Notes under the pieces: generated by a model | The model's input: the letters and a program-made list of their open reading frames with translations, nothing else | Databases searched by the model: none | Told to the model about the DNA's origin: nothing | From: a virus | IMG/VR virus record: IMGVR_UViG_3300000956_000003 | Span: 1 to 64,000 of that record | DNA: 64,000 nucleotides | Reading direction: 5' to 3' (one strand) | In this document: positions 1 through 9,725 of the stretch, in pieces | Layout of the letters: every line of letters starts with the position of its first letter | Numbering within the stretch: the first letter of the stretch is position 1 | Program-made: the position numbers and the translations under genes

Positions 1-79
1 GGCAAGGGGGTGAGGATAAAGGAGGAGTGGTTAGCGGGATGGTTGGAAAGAAGAACCGTAAAAGCAAAAAAGTAAGGTT

Positions 80-325
80 ATGAAAGTAATCTGTGTCATC
101 TCATTCGATAAGGTACGGGCCGAAGCCGAAGCGCATGGTTGCCCTGTACCGGAAGTTGGTAGTGAATATATTGTTATTGCAACCAATGGCGAAGAGCCGG
201 ATTTATATTATCAGTTCGTTGGCTTTCCGGATGATTGCGAGTATGCGGCCTATGCCTTTTCAACCCTCCCCGAAGCCACAGCCGATGAAATGCAGGAAGA
301 AACAAGAGAGGCGATATTAGTTTAA
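80..325 (+). CDS. hypothetical small acidic protein (81 aa)
   Basis: ORF at window start in co-directional early operon; D/E-rich; no recognisable motif. Confidence 0.4.
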   Translation: MKVICVISFDKVRAEAEAHGCPVPEVGSEYIVIATNGEEPDLYYQFVGFPDDCEYAAYAFSTLPEATADEMQEETREAILV

Positions 326-408
326 CCCTTTAATCCGCACTATGAACTTAACTAAAGAAGAGGCTTTGGCCGCGATAGAACGATTTAATAACTGGCAAAA
401 AGAACAAC

Positions 409-681
409 ATGGAAAATAAAGACAGGCCGATTTACCCTTGTATGATGCAACAAATCGGCGATCATGAATTTCGGCTATCAATGCCAAAGGATGACCCCAG
501 GTGGCATATGCCGATGGCTGGACTAACAAAGCGCGAATACTTCGCAGCAATGGCCTTGCAGGGCAAGCTATCTCAACAGCCTTCGGGCTTCTATTCTGTT
601 GTTGATGCGCAAGCGGTAGCAATGGACGCCGTTAAACTTGCCGATGCTTTATTAGCCGAACTCGAAAAAACACAGCCATGA
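409..681 (+). CDS. hypothetical protein (90 aa)
   Basis: ORF in tightly packed + strand operon; no motif. Confidence 0.4.
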   Translation: MENKDRPIYPCMMQQIGDHEFRLSMPKDDPRWHMPMAGLTKREYFAAMALQGKLSQQPSGFYSVVDAQAVAMDAVKLADALLAELEKTQP

Positions 682-965
682 ACCAACTCATCTACGAAAT
701 CCCGGACAAATACTTTAAAGGCTACCGTGTAACCGTACCCTTCAGGGCAATGGTGAAGTATGAGGTAGTTAACGGTAAGGTTGTGCTGCGCGACATTCAA
801 ATGAGCGCCCTTTGTCTAACAGTGATCAGCAACACGGCTGGTCTGGTTGATCATATCCAGCGGGACATAATCGAGGCAGACAAGGCAAGAGTGAGGGAGC
901 GCAACAGCGACCTGCCGCCGGTGATGAGAACCCTGGTAAACAATTTTTCATCTGCAATAAAATAA
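678..965 (+). CDS. hypothetical protein (95 aa)
   Basis: ORF overlapping previous stop by 4 nt (operon coupling). Confidence 0.4.
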   Translation: MNQLIYEIPDKYFKGYRVTVPFRAMVKYEVVNGKVVLRDIQMSALCLTVISNTAGLVDHIQRDIIEADKARVRERNSDLPPVMRTLVNNFSSAIK

Positions 966-1147
966 CCATGAAACAGACAAAGCATTTACACTTTCATCCA
1001 CCGGTTGAAGAATGGCAGAAAGGATACTACACCATCAACCAGGGATCGAAATGGTTTGCAAAGCGCAAGGCGAGATCGAAGCTACAGAAGCAGTCACGCA
1101 AGGCAAACCGCAGTTAAAATAATTTTAGTCAGATATAAACCCTGATC

Positions 1148-1369
1148 ATGGACATCAATTTACAAATAGAATGCAAGAACGTAGCAATTGTTGCTAAAAC
1201 ATACAAAACCGTAGCGGTTGAAATAGAGTATGCTGATATGGAAAACGTCTTGGATAATTTCACTCTCAAACAGATTGTTGATAATTATGGCACTGGTGTA
1301 TTGCTGGATCAGATTGGAATCGAGGAATGTAAAAGGTATTTCGATCTGGTAGAAGATTCTGAAAAATAA
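1148..1369 (+). CDS. hypothetical protein (73 aa)
   Basis: ORF; an antisense ORF of identical length on the other strand is probably spurious. Confidence 0.35.
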   Translation: MDINLQIECKNVAIVAKTYKTVAVEIEYADMENVLDNFTLKQIVDNYGTGVLLDQIGIEECKRYFDLVEDSEK

Positions 1370-1437
1370 TTTTAGTAGCAAAGGTCCCCCTCGCAGCGGG
1401 TAATGGCTGAGGCCCGCTGCTTTTTTAAATCACAACA

Positions 1438-1755
1438 ATGAAAAAAGACAGCATTGAATATCTGGTTGCAGAGATCGATAAGTGGTCAAAGGAATATGAA
1501 TTCCAGTTTCAGTTTTGGGGTTCTGGCAATAACAGTGTTTTCATTTGCAAAGGTCATGTAGAGCTTATCAGCTTCGGTTGCGAAGATACCGTGAAAGATA
1601 TTCTGAAAACAGCCGTTGACTGGGTGCACTCAAAAAACCGAAAAGGCACTAAGCCAACGGAACAGATTCGCCGGTGCATGGAGTGCGGGACGGCAATTGC
1701 TAAAGGCAATGATCTATGTGGTGAATGCGCGTGTGAAGATGACGGGGAAATATAA
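1438..1755 (+). CDS. hypothetical protein with C-terminal Cys4 zinc-ribbon
   Basis: C-terminus CMECGTAIAKGNDLCGECAC resembles a CxxC...CxxC zinc ribbon. Confidence 0.45.
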   Translation: MKKDSIEYLVAEIDKWSKEYEFQFQFWGSGNNSVFICKGHVELISFGCEDTVKDILKTAVDWVHSKNRKGTKPTEQIRRCMECGTAIAKGNDLCGECACEDDGEI

Positions 1756-1877
1756 ACTTTTAACACTACATGGGCCACCGGGTAAAGCCGCATCCCCCAT
1801 GTTCGTAGGCTTGACCTACGGGGGCATCATGAATATTCTGCTGAGTAATGATGCTGGAAGGTGCGCAGATAGGTAAC

Positions 1878-1910
1878 GGGTAGCAGCCGAATAAAAGCTA
1901 CCCACTTTTT
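1878..1910 (+). terminator. rho-independent terminator candidate
   Basis: GGGTAGC-(12 nt loop)-GCTACCC stem followed by ACTTTTT; lies in a ~650 bp non-coding gap. Confidence 0.45.
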
Positions 1911-2414
1911 AATCTCAAATCCACCCTTATGATACTCTATTACCTGACTTACGGAAGCCCTATAATCGCCCTGTTCATTGTTGCTATGGTCCTTATTGTG
2001 AAGGTGACAATGGATGATAGAAAAAGATGGAAACAAATAAACAACAACTAAAATCTGGTCATGCAAATCCTAATCACCAAGATAAGTAGACGTGACACGA
2101 TCTGGTGCGCCTCTGTTTACCAGGGCGATAAATGCAAGTTCAGCGCATGTAGTACCAGATTTGGTTTTGTATTCAGATGTATTCTAACCTTTTATTATAA
2201 CAAATTATGTACCGGTTGAAAGGAATTATCAGTTGTTTATTGGACTTATTTATTCAGGTCTTTATAAGCGCGGCAGAAATGTTTACTAAAGATGAGCCAC
2301 TGGATGAACACGAAGAAAAGATATCATCATGATATTAATAACAAAACTCTTTATTGGCTGCTACATGAACAGCAGGTATAAGGCAGCGGACAAAGCATTG
2401 GAACAATTAAAATA

Positions 2415-2921
2415 ATGTATATGGCAAAGAAACTCGAACTATATCACAAAACCGTTGACATTCTCTTTCAGGCTTATTTCAATGATACATTGAGACATGG
2501 CAATTGTTATGCTTGCGCTGTAGGTAACATGATTGCAGCCAATGGAGGGTACAAATTTGAAACAGACGCAAACGCAGAAGACCCCGGCCTTAGTATTTAT
2601 TGGAAAGGATTTTCACCCTATAGCAGCGATTCGAAGGACCCGGTTTGGCCTGCATGGTTAGAGTATGTTCGCGAGGTTAATTATTATCGTGATGATGAGG
2701 AGGCTGCAAAGGAGGAGGTTAGACTAACCGGATACTCGAGAAATGAATTAATGCTAATCGAACACGCATTCGAAAACGCCGTTTACGGCAATTCTTATGA
2801 AGACTACATGTTCAACGGCCTCGTTGCTGTTCTTGAAGTTCTGAAGCAGATACACGAAATAGAGGACAACGAACCCCATGTTACACGGTTCAGAAATCAC
2901 TATAACACTAAGGTTTTCTAG
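2415..2921 (+). CDS. hypothetical protein (168 aa)
   Basis: long ORF after AT-rich promoter-like gap; no motif. Confidence 0.5.
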   Translation: MYMAKKLELYHKTVDILFQAYFNDTLRHGNCYACAVGNMIAANGGYKFETDANAEDPGLSIYWKGFSPYSSDSKDPVWPAWLEYVREVNYYRDDEEAAKEEVRLTGYSRNELMLIEHAFENAVYGNSYEDYMFNGLVAVLEVLKQIHEIEDNEPHVTRFRNHYNTKVF

Positions 2922-3144
2922 GATAAGGTTTTATGGTTGGAATTAACCACCCCCGGTTCCTTTCAAGGATGCCGGGTTCATTTAAAAAAAGTTATTTACA
3001 TAATTGCTATTGGTGAGTGCTTGTTGCAAGGTGTACAATTGCGGCGCGGCGCTTCAAAAAAGTCGGTTAATCAGGCCGGTTAAATGACGTAACGATTCAG
3101 CTCATCAATAGCATACTTCTCCCGGGTTTAGGATTAGGGGTATA

Positions 3145-3172
3145 GCCGGTCCGCGTGGGCGGCGGCTTTTTT
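3145..3172 (+). terminator. rho-independent terminator
   Basis: GC-rich hairpin GCCGGTCCGC-GTGG-GCGGCGGC followed by T6. Confidence 0.55.
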
Positions 3173-3205
3173 AAAACAGTGTTTAGTTTATGCTAAAACA
3201 ATTAT

Positions 3206-3739
3206 ATGAGTTTGACGGCGAATTATATACTTGCTAATACTACCGGTGATCCTGAAATGCGCAAGCATCTATGTAAGTCATATATCCGTTTGGCAGCAGT
3301 TGAATTTATTAAAAAGCGTGGACACTGGCCAACAAAGGAGAATGCGCAAGAGGTATATAATATATATGAAAGCCAGTGGCGCGATCATTATATCGACAAG
3401 CCGAATCGCACCGAAAGGAACAGGGTGGTAGGGCGCCCCATATGGCAATACGGGTGCTCCATTAAAATAGATGTGTACGCCAGTATGTGCCGATTCATGG
3501 AGTTTAAATATACCGTCCATATTACTAATCAGCATGGCAATACCTATCCAGAAAAGAATTGTGCAAAGATATTGGAAGAAATGAAAATTGAATTCATGGA
3601 GGCGCACATTATGGAGAACGGGTTATTTGATCAGTGGAAAACCTTCGCGCTCAGTAATCGTAGTAAGTTCCATTATCACAAAGGTTCTTATTCCGATTTC
3701 GGTCACTTAGCTTACAACGGTGTGACCGATGATTTATAA
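3206..3739 (+). CDS. hypothetical protein (177 aa)
   Basis: long ORF; no motif. Confidence 0.5.
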   Translation: MSLTANYILANTTGDPEMRKHLCKSYIRLAAVEFIKKRGHWPTKENAQEVYNIYESQWRDHYIDKPNRTERNRVVGRPIWQYGCSIKIDVYASMCRFMEFKYTVHITNQHGNTYPEKNCAKILEEMKIEFMEAHIMENGLFDQWKTFALSNRSKFHYHKGSYSDFGHLAYNGVTDDL

Positions 3740-3750
3740 AAACTATCACA

Positions 3751-4188
3751 ATGAACCGCAGCAAAAAAGATATCGAGGAATTTATACTGATCAACCACAT
3801 GTACTACACCGCCCAGGAACTAGCGGATGAGCTTGACATATCGGTTCCTACGGTATCGGTTTACACAGCTCGGTTAAAAGTGAGGCCAATCACAGCTAAA
3901 GAACAGGCTGTCGAGTTCATTAAAAAGCACAAGGATTGGAGTGTTGAGGATTTGGCCGCATACCTGGATTATCATCCGCAATACGTGCTGGAGATATTGA
4001 AGAAGAACGGACTTTATGTGAAGAAGGCGCCTCAACCATTTGGACCTGAACCAAAGAAGAAAAAGACCGTGAGAGTAAGAAGTGTATTCAACCAGACACA
4101 TAGCCCGTTCCGGTTTGCCGATGACCTCCGGGGTATCCGGGCAACGAAGGAGCCGCAGACATTATATATGGAAATAGTAAGATTATAA
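3751..4188 (+). CDS. putative HTH DNA-binding protein
   Basis: YTAQELADELDISVPTVSVYTARLK resembles a sigma-region-4/LuxR-type helix-turn-helix. Confidence 0.3.
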   Translation: MNRSKKDIEEFILINHMYYTAQELADELDISVPTVSVYTARLKVRPITAKEQAVEFIKKHKDWSVEDLAAYLDYHPQYVLEILKKNGLYVKKAPQPFGPEPKKKKTVRVRSVFNQTHSPFRFADDLRGIRATKEPQTLYMEIVRL

Positions 4189-4207
4189 AACAAATCAACA
4201 AATAGCC

Positions 4208-4921
4208 ATGACAAAAAATAATTCAACAAGCATGAAAACGGTGGTGGAAACTTATATCATCGAAGAAACACAGGAACTCATTTACGATAATGAGAAGCTG
4301 GACCAATGGAATGCGCACGTTGCTGCACTTGGATTGGAAGGTCAAGCAAAAATCCAAGTAAAGGATAAATCCCCCATTCCTTTCCTGCATATGAAAGCCT
4401 CCCTTGTAAATGTATTTACCCAATTATGCCCGCGTCATGTCGAAATAAAGGACTACGATAAAACACCAATACCGGTAGAGATATTGGATTTGGCTGCCTT
4501 GTCCGTTAAGGAATGCTATTTCAATAAAATTCAGATATGGTATGACGACGCCACGCCCGACCCAGCTTGTATCGGAGTACTGGGTGAATGGTATGCATAC
4601 GGTAAAGGATGGCAAGAAATTGGCAAATGGGCAACCAAAGAAGAAATGCAGTCCGCGAAAAGCACCTATACTGGGGTGTGGCAATCCGAAGGTTTCCGCG
4701 AAACGGCATACTATCTTGTAGGACGGTGGGCTGATGTTAAAATGTCGCTTGAACAATTAACGAAAAAGGCCCGTGCATTATTCATGGCATCGGAAAAGTC
4801 TTCTATTGATCAGCGTATCCGTGATGAGAAAAGAAAACTGGAAGACCTTGAACATGATGCTGATCGGAAATTTGGTATTGAAGGTGACATTAATGTACCA
4901 TTAAATAACCTGCCATTCTAA
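4208..4921 (+). CDS. hypothetical protein (237 aa)
   Basis: long ORF; no motif. Confidence 0.5.
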   Translation: MTKNNSTSMKTVVETYIIEETQELIYDNEKLDQWNAHVAALGLEGQAKIQVKDKSPIPFLHMKASLVNVFTQLCPRHVEIKDYDKTPIPVEILDLAALSVKECYFNKIQIWYDDATPDPACIGVLGEWYAYGKGWQEIGKWATKEEMQSAKSTYTGVWQSEGFRETAYYLVGRWADVKMSLEQLTKKARALFMASEKSSIDQRIRDEKRKLEDLEHDADRKFGIEGDINVPLNNLPF

Positions 4922-5139
4922 TGACCCTCACCCACACCATAACCACCGCAACAACAGACCTGACTATCCAGGTTGAGTACGACAGCCAGACCGATACGGT
5001 TGAGCGGATAAAGAAGGTATTCATGAACGGAACGAACGTAACCGGCATGATGGTAATGAATTTCGAGAATGATCTGAATAAAATTGTTGATACCGTGGAG
5101 TGGCGGGATATCTGTAACCAGGAAAAAATGACAGCATGA
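4921..5139 (+). CDS. hypothetical protein (72 aa)
   Basis: ORF with start/stop coupling (ATGA) to neighbours. Confidence 0.35.
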   Translation: MTLTHTITTATTDLTIQVEYDSQTDTVERIKKVFMNGTNVTGMMVMNFENDLNKIVDTVEWRDICNQEKMTA

Positions 5140-6083
5140 CAACCATAATAAAAAACGGTAGCAAGAATTACCAGATAGACACGGTATCCAACCGGATAAC
5201 CATGCTGGATGCGCGGTTTTACCAAACACCATCAGGAATATTTGTTCCATCGGTCACTACAATATTAGAGGCTTTTCCAAAATCATCACAGTTCTACGAC
5301 TGGTTAAAAAAGAACGGGGAGGATAGCGATGAGATCAGGGATGAAGCAGGTCGCCGGGGTAGTGTCGTACATGACCTCACCGAGCGGTATGATAACGGCG
5401 AAGAGGTAAGCCTGATGGATGAACAGGGGTACATTGACTTCAAAATGTTTGAATGGAACTGCTTTGAAAAATATGTGGAGTTCCGCAACCGCTATGAGGT
5501 AGAGATCCATGGTATTGAGTGCAATATGGTAAGTGAGACCCTAGGCATGGCCGGAACCATGGACCGGGATATGACTATCAAAATTAAAGGTAAGCGGTAC
5601 CTGGTGGACATAAAGACCTCCAATAACATATGGGATGAATACTGGCTGCAGCTGGTGGCCTATCAGAAAATAGCGGAGGACCTGGACGGCGCCAACCGGT
5701 TCGATGGACGGGCTATTCTTTGGCTGAATGCCAAGACAAAGACCGATGGTAAAAAAGATGCGATCCAGGGTAGGGGCTGGCAATTGATCATTGATGAGGA
5801 TGATCCGGAGGAGCAATGGCAGGTTTTTCTTGCCACACAAAAATTATGGAAGGCGAAGAACGGTGCCATGCAGCCACGGCAGGTATCGTACAGCCTTACC
5901 CATGCGGTAAAAAAGACTTCTGCTGAATGGGTATCTGAATTATATCCTGCTAATAATTTGACAATCCTCGATCCTGATGGATGGGATCGGTCGAACTATG
6001 GTTTTTCTTTCAATGAGGAGAAAATCACCAAAAGTGAGTTTCACCATCGGCTACTTAAATCCACTTGTTTAATAATACAATAA
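5136..6083 (+). CDS. PD-(D/E)XK family nuclease (RecB/Cas4-like phage exonuclease)
   Basis: Motifs GTMD, LVDIKTS (D-x-K) and YWLQLVAYQ (QxxxY) in the canonical order of PD-(D/E)XK nucleases. Confidence 0.6.
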   Translation: MTTIIKNGSKNYQIDTVSNRITMLDARFYQTPSGIFVPSVTTILEAFPKSSQFYDWLKKNGEDSDEIRDEAGRRGSVVHDLTERYDNGEEVSLMDEQGYIDFKMFEWNCFEKYVEFRNRYEVEIHGIECNMVSETLGMAGTMDRDMTIKIKGKRYLVDIKTSNNIWDEYWLQLVAYQKIAEDLDGANRFDGRAILWLNAKTKTDGKKDAIQGRGWQLIIDEDDPEEQWQVFLATQKLWKAKNGAMQPRQVSYSLTHAVKKTSAEWVSELYPANNLTILDPDGWDRSNYGFSFNEEKITKSEFHHRLLKSTCLIIQ

Positions 6084-6094
6084 AACATACAACT

Positions 6095-6715
6095 ATGGGC
6101 GCAATCACACAATCAAATGCCATCTATCTGACAATTTCCAATGGCCAGATCTGTAAGAAGGTCATTAAGCCGACAGCAACCTCCAAGGAACGTGTTAACA
6201 AAAACGGTGCTACTGTTCACGAAGAGCATTACAAAGGTTGGAAAGGGCGCATTACCGGTATAGCCGTTCGGGATCACAAAGATTATGGGAAACATTGGAA
6301 CGTAACCATTACCGATGAGGATGGCGATGCTATCCTGCAAATGAATTACAGCAGCGGATACAGTGCTGCTTTTCTGAAAATATTGCCCAATATTGATCTC
6401 AATAGTGAGGTGAATATTGTTCCCGATATGCGGGTAGAGGGTGATAAAAAGAAGACCACATTGTTTATTACCCAGCATGGTAAGCCGGTTAAATGGTATT
6501 ATACTAAAGATAATCCCAATGGATTGCCGCCGCTGAACAAGATCAGGGTAAAGGGTGAGGATACATGGGATGATTCGGACTGTATGGAGTACCTGGAAAA
6601 AATGGTGAACGAAACCATCGTGCCTAAACTCAGCAAGCAGGGAGTAGCCGTTAAGGCGGAGGTCCCTGCCGGTATCGAGGAGGATAAGGACGAAACAGAG
6701 GAATTGCCGTTCTAA
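6095..6715 (+). CDS. putative ssDNA-binding protein with SSB-like acidic C-terminal tail
   Basis: C-terminus DETEELPF resembles the SSB DDDIPF tip; follows the nuclease gene as in recombination modules. OB fold not verified; ORF may start at 6065. Confidence 0.35.
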   Translation: MGAITQSNAIYLTISNGQICKKVIKPTATSKERVNKNGATVHEEHYKGWKGRITGIAVRDHKDYGKHWNVTITDEDGDAILQMNYSSGYSAAFLKILPNIDLNSEVNIVPDMRVEGDKKKTTLFITQHGKPVKWYYTKDNPNGLPPLNKIRVKGEDTWDDSDCMEYLEKMVNETIVPKLSKQGVAVKAEVPAGIEEDKDETEELPF

Positions 6716-6945
6716 TGATTACCGTTGAATTTAAGAAGCAGGTTGTAGAGTTTCTGTCCGCTGAACTGGATTATGAATTTGAATACATACAACCCTACCA
6801 CATTAGGCTGACCCATCCAGATAAACGACGGCTGGATTACTTTCCGAAGTCCGGCCGCGCTACCTGGGTGGGTAGTCAAAAGTGGTTCGTGATAAATGAC
6901 ATTGAGGATTTTATTATAAAAACCTTTCAACTGGCCCCTGAGTAA
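6715..6945 (+). CDS. hypothetical protein (76 aa)
   Basis: ORF, stop/start coupled. Confidence 0.4.
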   Translation: MITVEFKKQVVEFLSAELDYEFEYIQPYHIRLTHPDKRRLDYFPKSGRATWVGSQKWFVINDIEDFIIKTFQLAPE

Positions 6946-7328
6946 TGATTACAAGGACTAATGTATATCAGATCAGTTATATGTTGATACCAGCCTTAAG
7001 GAGGAAAGGTGCTAAACGCGCACCACTACAGCTTGCATCAGTAGAAAAGGTATTGACATTGATATCCGGTCATTTTAACGTGTCTGAAAAGGAATTAAAA
7101 TCAAAAAAACATTACCGGGCAATTGCCTATCCGCGTCAGGTAGCTATGTATCTCATTTATAAATATTGTATCCATTCACTGGCGGAAGTCGGAAGACAAT
7201 TGAATAGGCATCACACTACTGTTATTCATGCACAGGAAACAATAAATGATTTAATGCAGTATGATCCTGTTATTAAAAATGAAGTTGAGCGACTTGAATT
7301 ATTGGTAATGAAAGAAACGGCTATATGA
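6945..7328 (+). CDS. DnaA C-terminal domain (domain IV, HTH) protein
   Basis: YPRQVAMYLIYKY...SLAEVGRQLNRHHTTVIHA matches the DnaA domain IV signature (RQIAMYL...SLPEIG...DHTTVLHA). Only 127 aa, so the AAA+ domain is absent. Confidence 0.65.
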   Translation: MITRTNVYQISYMLIPALRRKGAKRAPLQLASVEKVLTLISGHFNVSEKELKSKKHYRAIAYPRQVAMYLIYKYCIHSLAEVGRQLNRHHTTVIHAQETINDLMQYDPVIKNEVERLELLVMKETAI

Positions 7329-8665
7329 TCCTCCGCGACTACCAGGAATCCATCTCTACCGATGCAGCAAAAATGCTGGAATGGTTGAAAATATGTTATC
7401 TGTCCATGGAAGTCCGGACTGGAAAAACTACTACGGCGCTTGCAGCGGCAGAAAAGTATGGAGCAAAATCTGTGTTATTCCTGACGAAGAAAAAAGCGAT
7501 CAGCAGTATAACATCGGACTACGATAAGCTTGGGCCTGCTTTTAATTTGATCTGCACGAACTACGAGCAGGTGGATAATTTGAGTCCGGATTATACTTTC
7601 GACCTGGTTATCTGTGATGAGGCGCATGGTTTAGGGCAATTTCCCACGCCGGCCGAACGGACGAAGGAATTGCGTAAGGTGTGTGTCGATAAGCCGATCA
7701 TCTACCTGTCAGGAACACCCACACCAGAGAGCTATAGCCAACTGTACCACCAGTTCTGGATCAGTTCCTATAGCCCATTTAAAGAGTGGCCATCATTTTA
7801 CAAATGGGCAGCCGAGTTCGTGGATAAGAAAACAAAGTACTTCTATAACCGGCAGATCAATGATTGGTCCTGCGCTAAGAAGGAGAAGATTGATGAACTA
7901 ACAAAACATTTATTCATCAGCTATACGCAGGAGGAAGCCGGGTTTGAGCAACCGGTAGTAGAAGAAGTGATTAAAGTCCGGATGATGGAGAGCACATATA
8001 AATTGGCTGACTATATCAGGAAACACAGGGTATATGTAGGCCGTGGTGGGGAGGAAATATTAGCCGATACAGAGGTAAAGCTCATGCAGAAAATGCACCA
8101 GATATATAGCGGTACGGTGATCGGAGAAAATAAGGAAGGTAGTGTATTCGACCGGTCTAAAGCTTCTTTCATAAAACAGCATTTCGCGGGTAAGAAGATC
8201 GGAATCTTTTACAAGTTCCAGGCCGAACGGGTTATGCTCATCAGTGTGTTTGGATTTGACAAGCTGACTGAAGATCCCATGGAATTTAATCAGTCCGAGG
8301 ATAAAACATTTATGAGTCAGATCCAAAGTGGAAGGGAAGGAATTAATCTTAGTACCGCCGACTGCCTGGTATTTCTCAATATTGATTTCTCTGCATTATC
8401 ATACTGGCAGGCCCGCGCACGATTACAGGACAGGGACCGAACAAAGCAGGCAATAATCTATTGGGTGTTTGCTGACGGAGGCATCGAGGAAAAGATATAT
8501 GAACGGGTATTAGGCAAGCGGGATTATACGATATCACATTTTAGGAAGGATTATAAAATAAAATCACACCCATTGGTGAAAATGAAGGATGAGCTTAATG
8601 AATTCATGGATAAATATGATATAACAGAAATAAAAATGGGCAGTAGAGCTATTAAAAAGAATTAA
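7325..8665 (+). CDS. SF2 DNA helicase (DEAH box)
   Basis: LRDYQE start, Walker A RTGKTT, motif II VICDEAHGL, motif III SGTP. Confidence 0.75.
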   Translation: MILRDYQESISTDAAKMLEWLKICYLSMEVRTGKTTTALAAAEKYGAKSVLFLTKKKAISSITSDYDKLGPAFNLICTNYEQVDNLSPDYTFDLVICDEAHGLGQFPTPAERTKELRKVCVDKPIIYLSGTPTPESYSQLYHQFWISSYSPFKEWPSFYKWAAEFVDKKTKYFYNRQINDWSCAKKEKIDELTKHLFISYTQEEAGFEQPVVEEVIKVRMMESTYKLADYIRKHRVYVGRGGEEILADTEVKLMQKMHQIYSGTVIGENKEGSVFDRSKASFIKQHFAGKKIGIFYKFQAERVMLISVFGFDKLTEDPMEFNQSEDKTFMSQIQSGREGINLSTADCLVFLNIDFSALSYWQARARLQDRDRTKQAIIYWVFADGGIEEKIYERVLGKRDYTISHFRKDYKIKSHPLVKMKDELNEFMDKYDITEIKMGSRAIKKN

Positions 8666-8669
8666 TTAA

Positions 8670-9374
8670 ATGCCAATAAGCGAGACATATAACGAAGACA
8701 ACATGATCGGCATGTCACGGTACCCGGATAAGTTCTTTGATTTGGCTATTGTAGATCCGCCGTATGGGATAGGCGAGGATGGCGCAAGCAACCATACTCG
8801 GGGGAGTGCTGAAGGTGCAAACAAATGGAAAGGTTCAAGAAACACAAAAGGCGCAGGAATACGATCGACAGTTTTTGTTGCGAAAAATTGGGACAATTCA
8901 CCTCCGCCTGTTGAATATTTTGAAGAACTAAGAAGGGTGAGTAAACACCAGATAATATGGGGAGCAAATCATTTTATTTCAAGAATTCCATATGATAGTA
9001 GCTGTTGGATTGTCTGGGACAAAAATAATGGAACAACTGATTTTGCAGATTGTGAGCTTGCTTATACATCCTTCGAACGTGCCGTAAGAAAGTATTTATA
9101 TACATGGAACGGTATGCTACAGGGGGATATGAAAAATCGGGAAAAGCGAATTCATCCAACGCAGAAGCCTATTCAACTTTACAAATGGGTATTGAAAAAC
9201 TTCGCAAATCCCGGTTTTAAAATACTGGACACCCACATGGGTAGCCAATCCTCCAGAATAGCAGCATATAACATGGGCTTCGATTACTGGGGTTTCGAAA
9301 TTGACCCGGATTATTTCAATGACGGTAACAAACGATTCGCCGAACAAACCGCGCAACAACAATTATTCATATGA
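8670..9374 (+). CDS. DNA methyltransferase, beta-class amino-MTase (N6-adenine or N4-cytosine)
   Basis: N-terminal IVDPPYGI (motif IV); C-terminal HPTQKPIQL...FKILDTHMGSQSS (motifs X/I), the arrangement seen in N6_N4 MTases; no restriction partner nearby. Confidence 0.85.
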   Translation: MPISETYNEDNMIGMSRYPDKFFDLAIVDPPYGIGEDGASNHTRGSAEGANKWKGSRNTKGAGIRSTVFVAKNWDNSPPPVEYFEELRRVSKHQIIWGANHFISRIPYDSSCWIVWDKNNGTTDFADCELAYTSFERAVRKYLYTWNGMLQGDMKNREKRIHPTQKPIQLYKWVLKNFANPGFKILDTHMGSQSSRIAAYNMGFDYWGFEIDPDYFNDGNKRFAEQTAQQQLFI

Positions 9375-9706
9375 AAATATGCTACATCGCGCACCCAATA
9401 GGCGCCCCAACAAAGGAGGGCATTGAGGCAAATCTGGCTGACCTCCGAAGAATAGTTCGGCACATCAATTTGAACTACCCTGATGTAGTGCCATTCGTGC
9501 CGTACTACGCAGATATAGTAAGCCTGGATGATAATATATCGGAGGAAAGGTTTCGCGGAATAAAGAATGATGTTGCTGTATTGGAAAGCGGAATTGTGAA
9601 AGAGCTGTGGCTAACGGGGGATAGACTCAGCGGCGGGATGCAGGCCGAATATAAATTAGCCGAAAGACTGGGCATACATGTTATTGACCTAATTGGTAAA
9701 ATTTAA
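9371..9706 (+). CDS. nucleoside 2-deoxyribosyltransferase-like (DUF4406-like) protein
   Basis: N-terminus MKICYIAHPIGAP resembles MKIYIAGPMTG of the DUF4406/NDT-like fold; weak. Confidence 0.3.
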   Translation: MKICYIAHPIGAPTKEGIEANLADLRRIVRHINLNYPDVVPFVPYYADIVSLDDNISEERFRGIKNDVAVLESGIVKELWLTGDRLSGGMQAEYKLAERLGIHVIDLIGKI

Positions 9707-9725
9707 CAGCTTAAATATATACACC

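Noticed and set aside
80-325. Acidic 81-aa first ORF as an Ocr-like DNA mimic or anti-restriction protein
   Set aside because: Only compositional bias (D/E-rich) supports this; no motif is present. Left as hypothetical.
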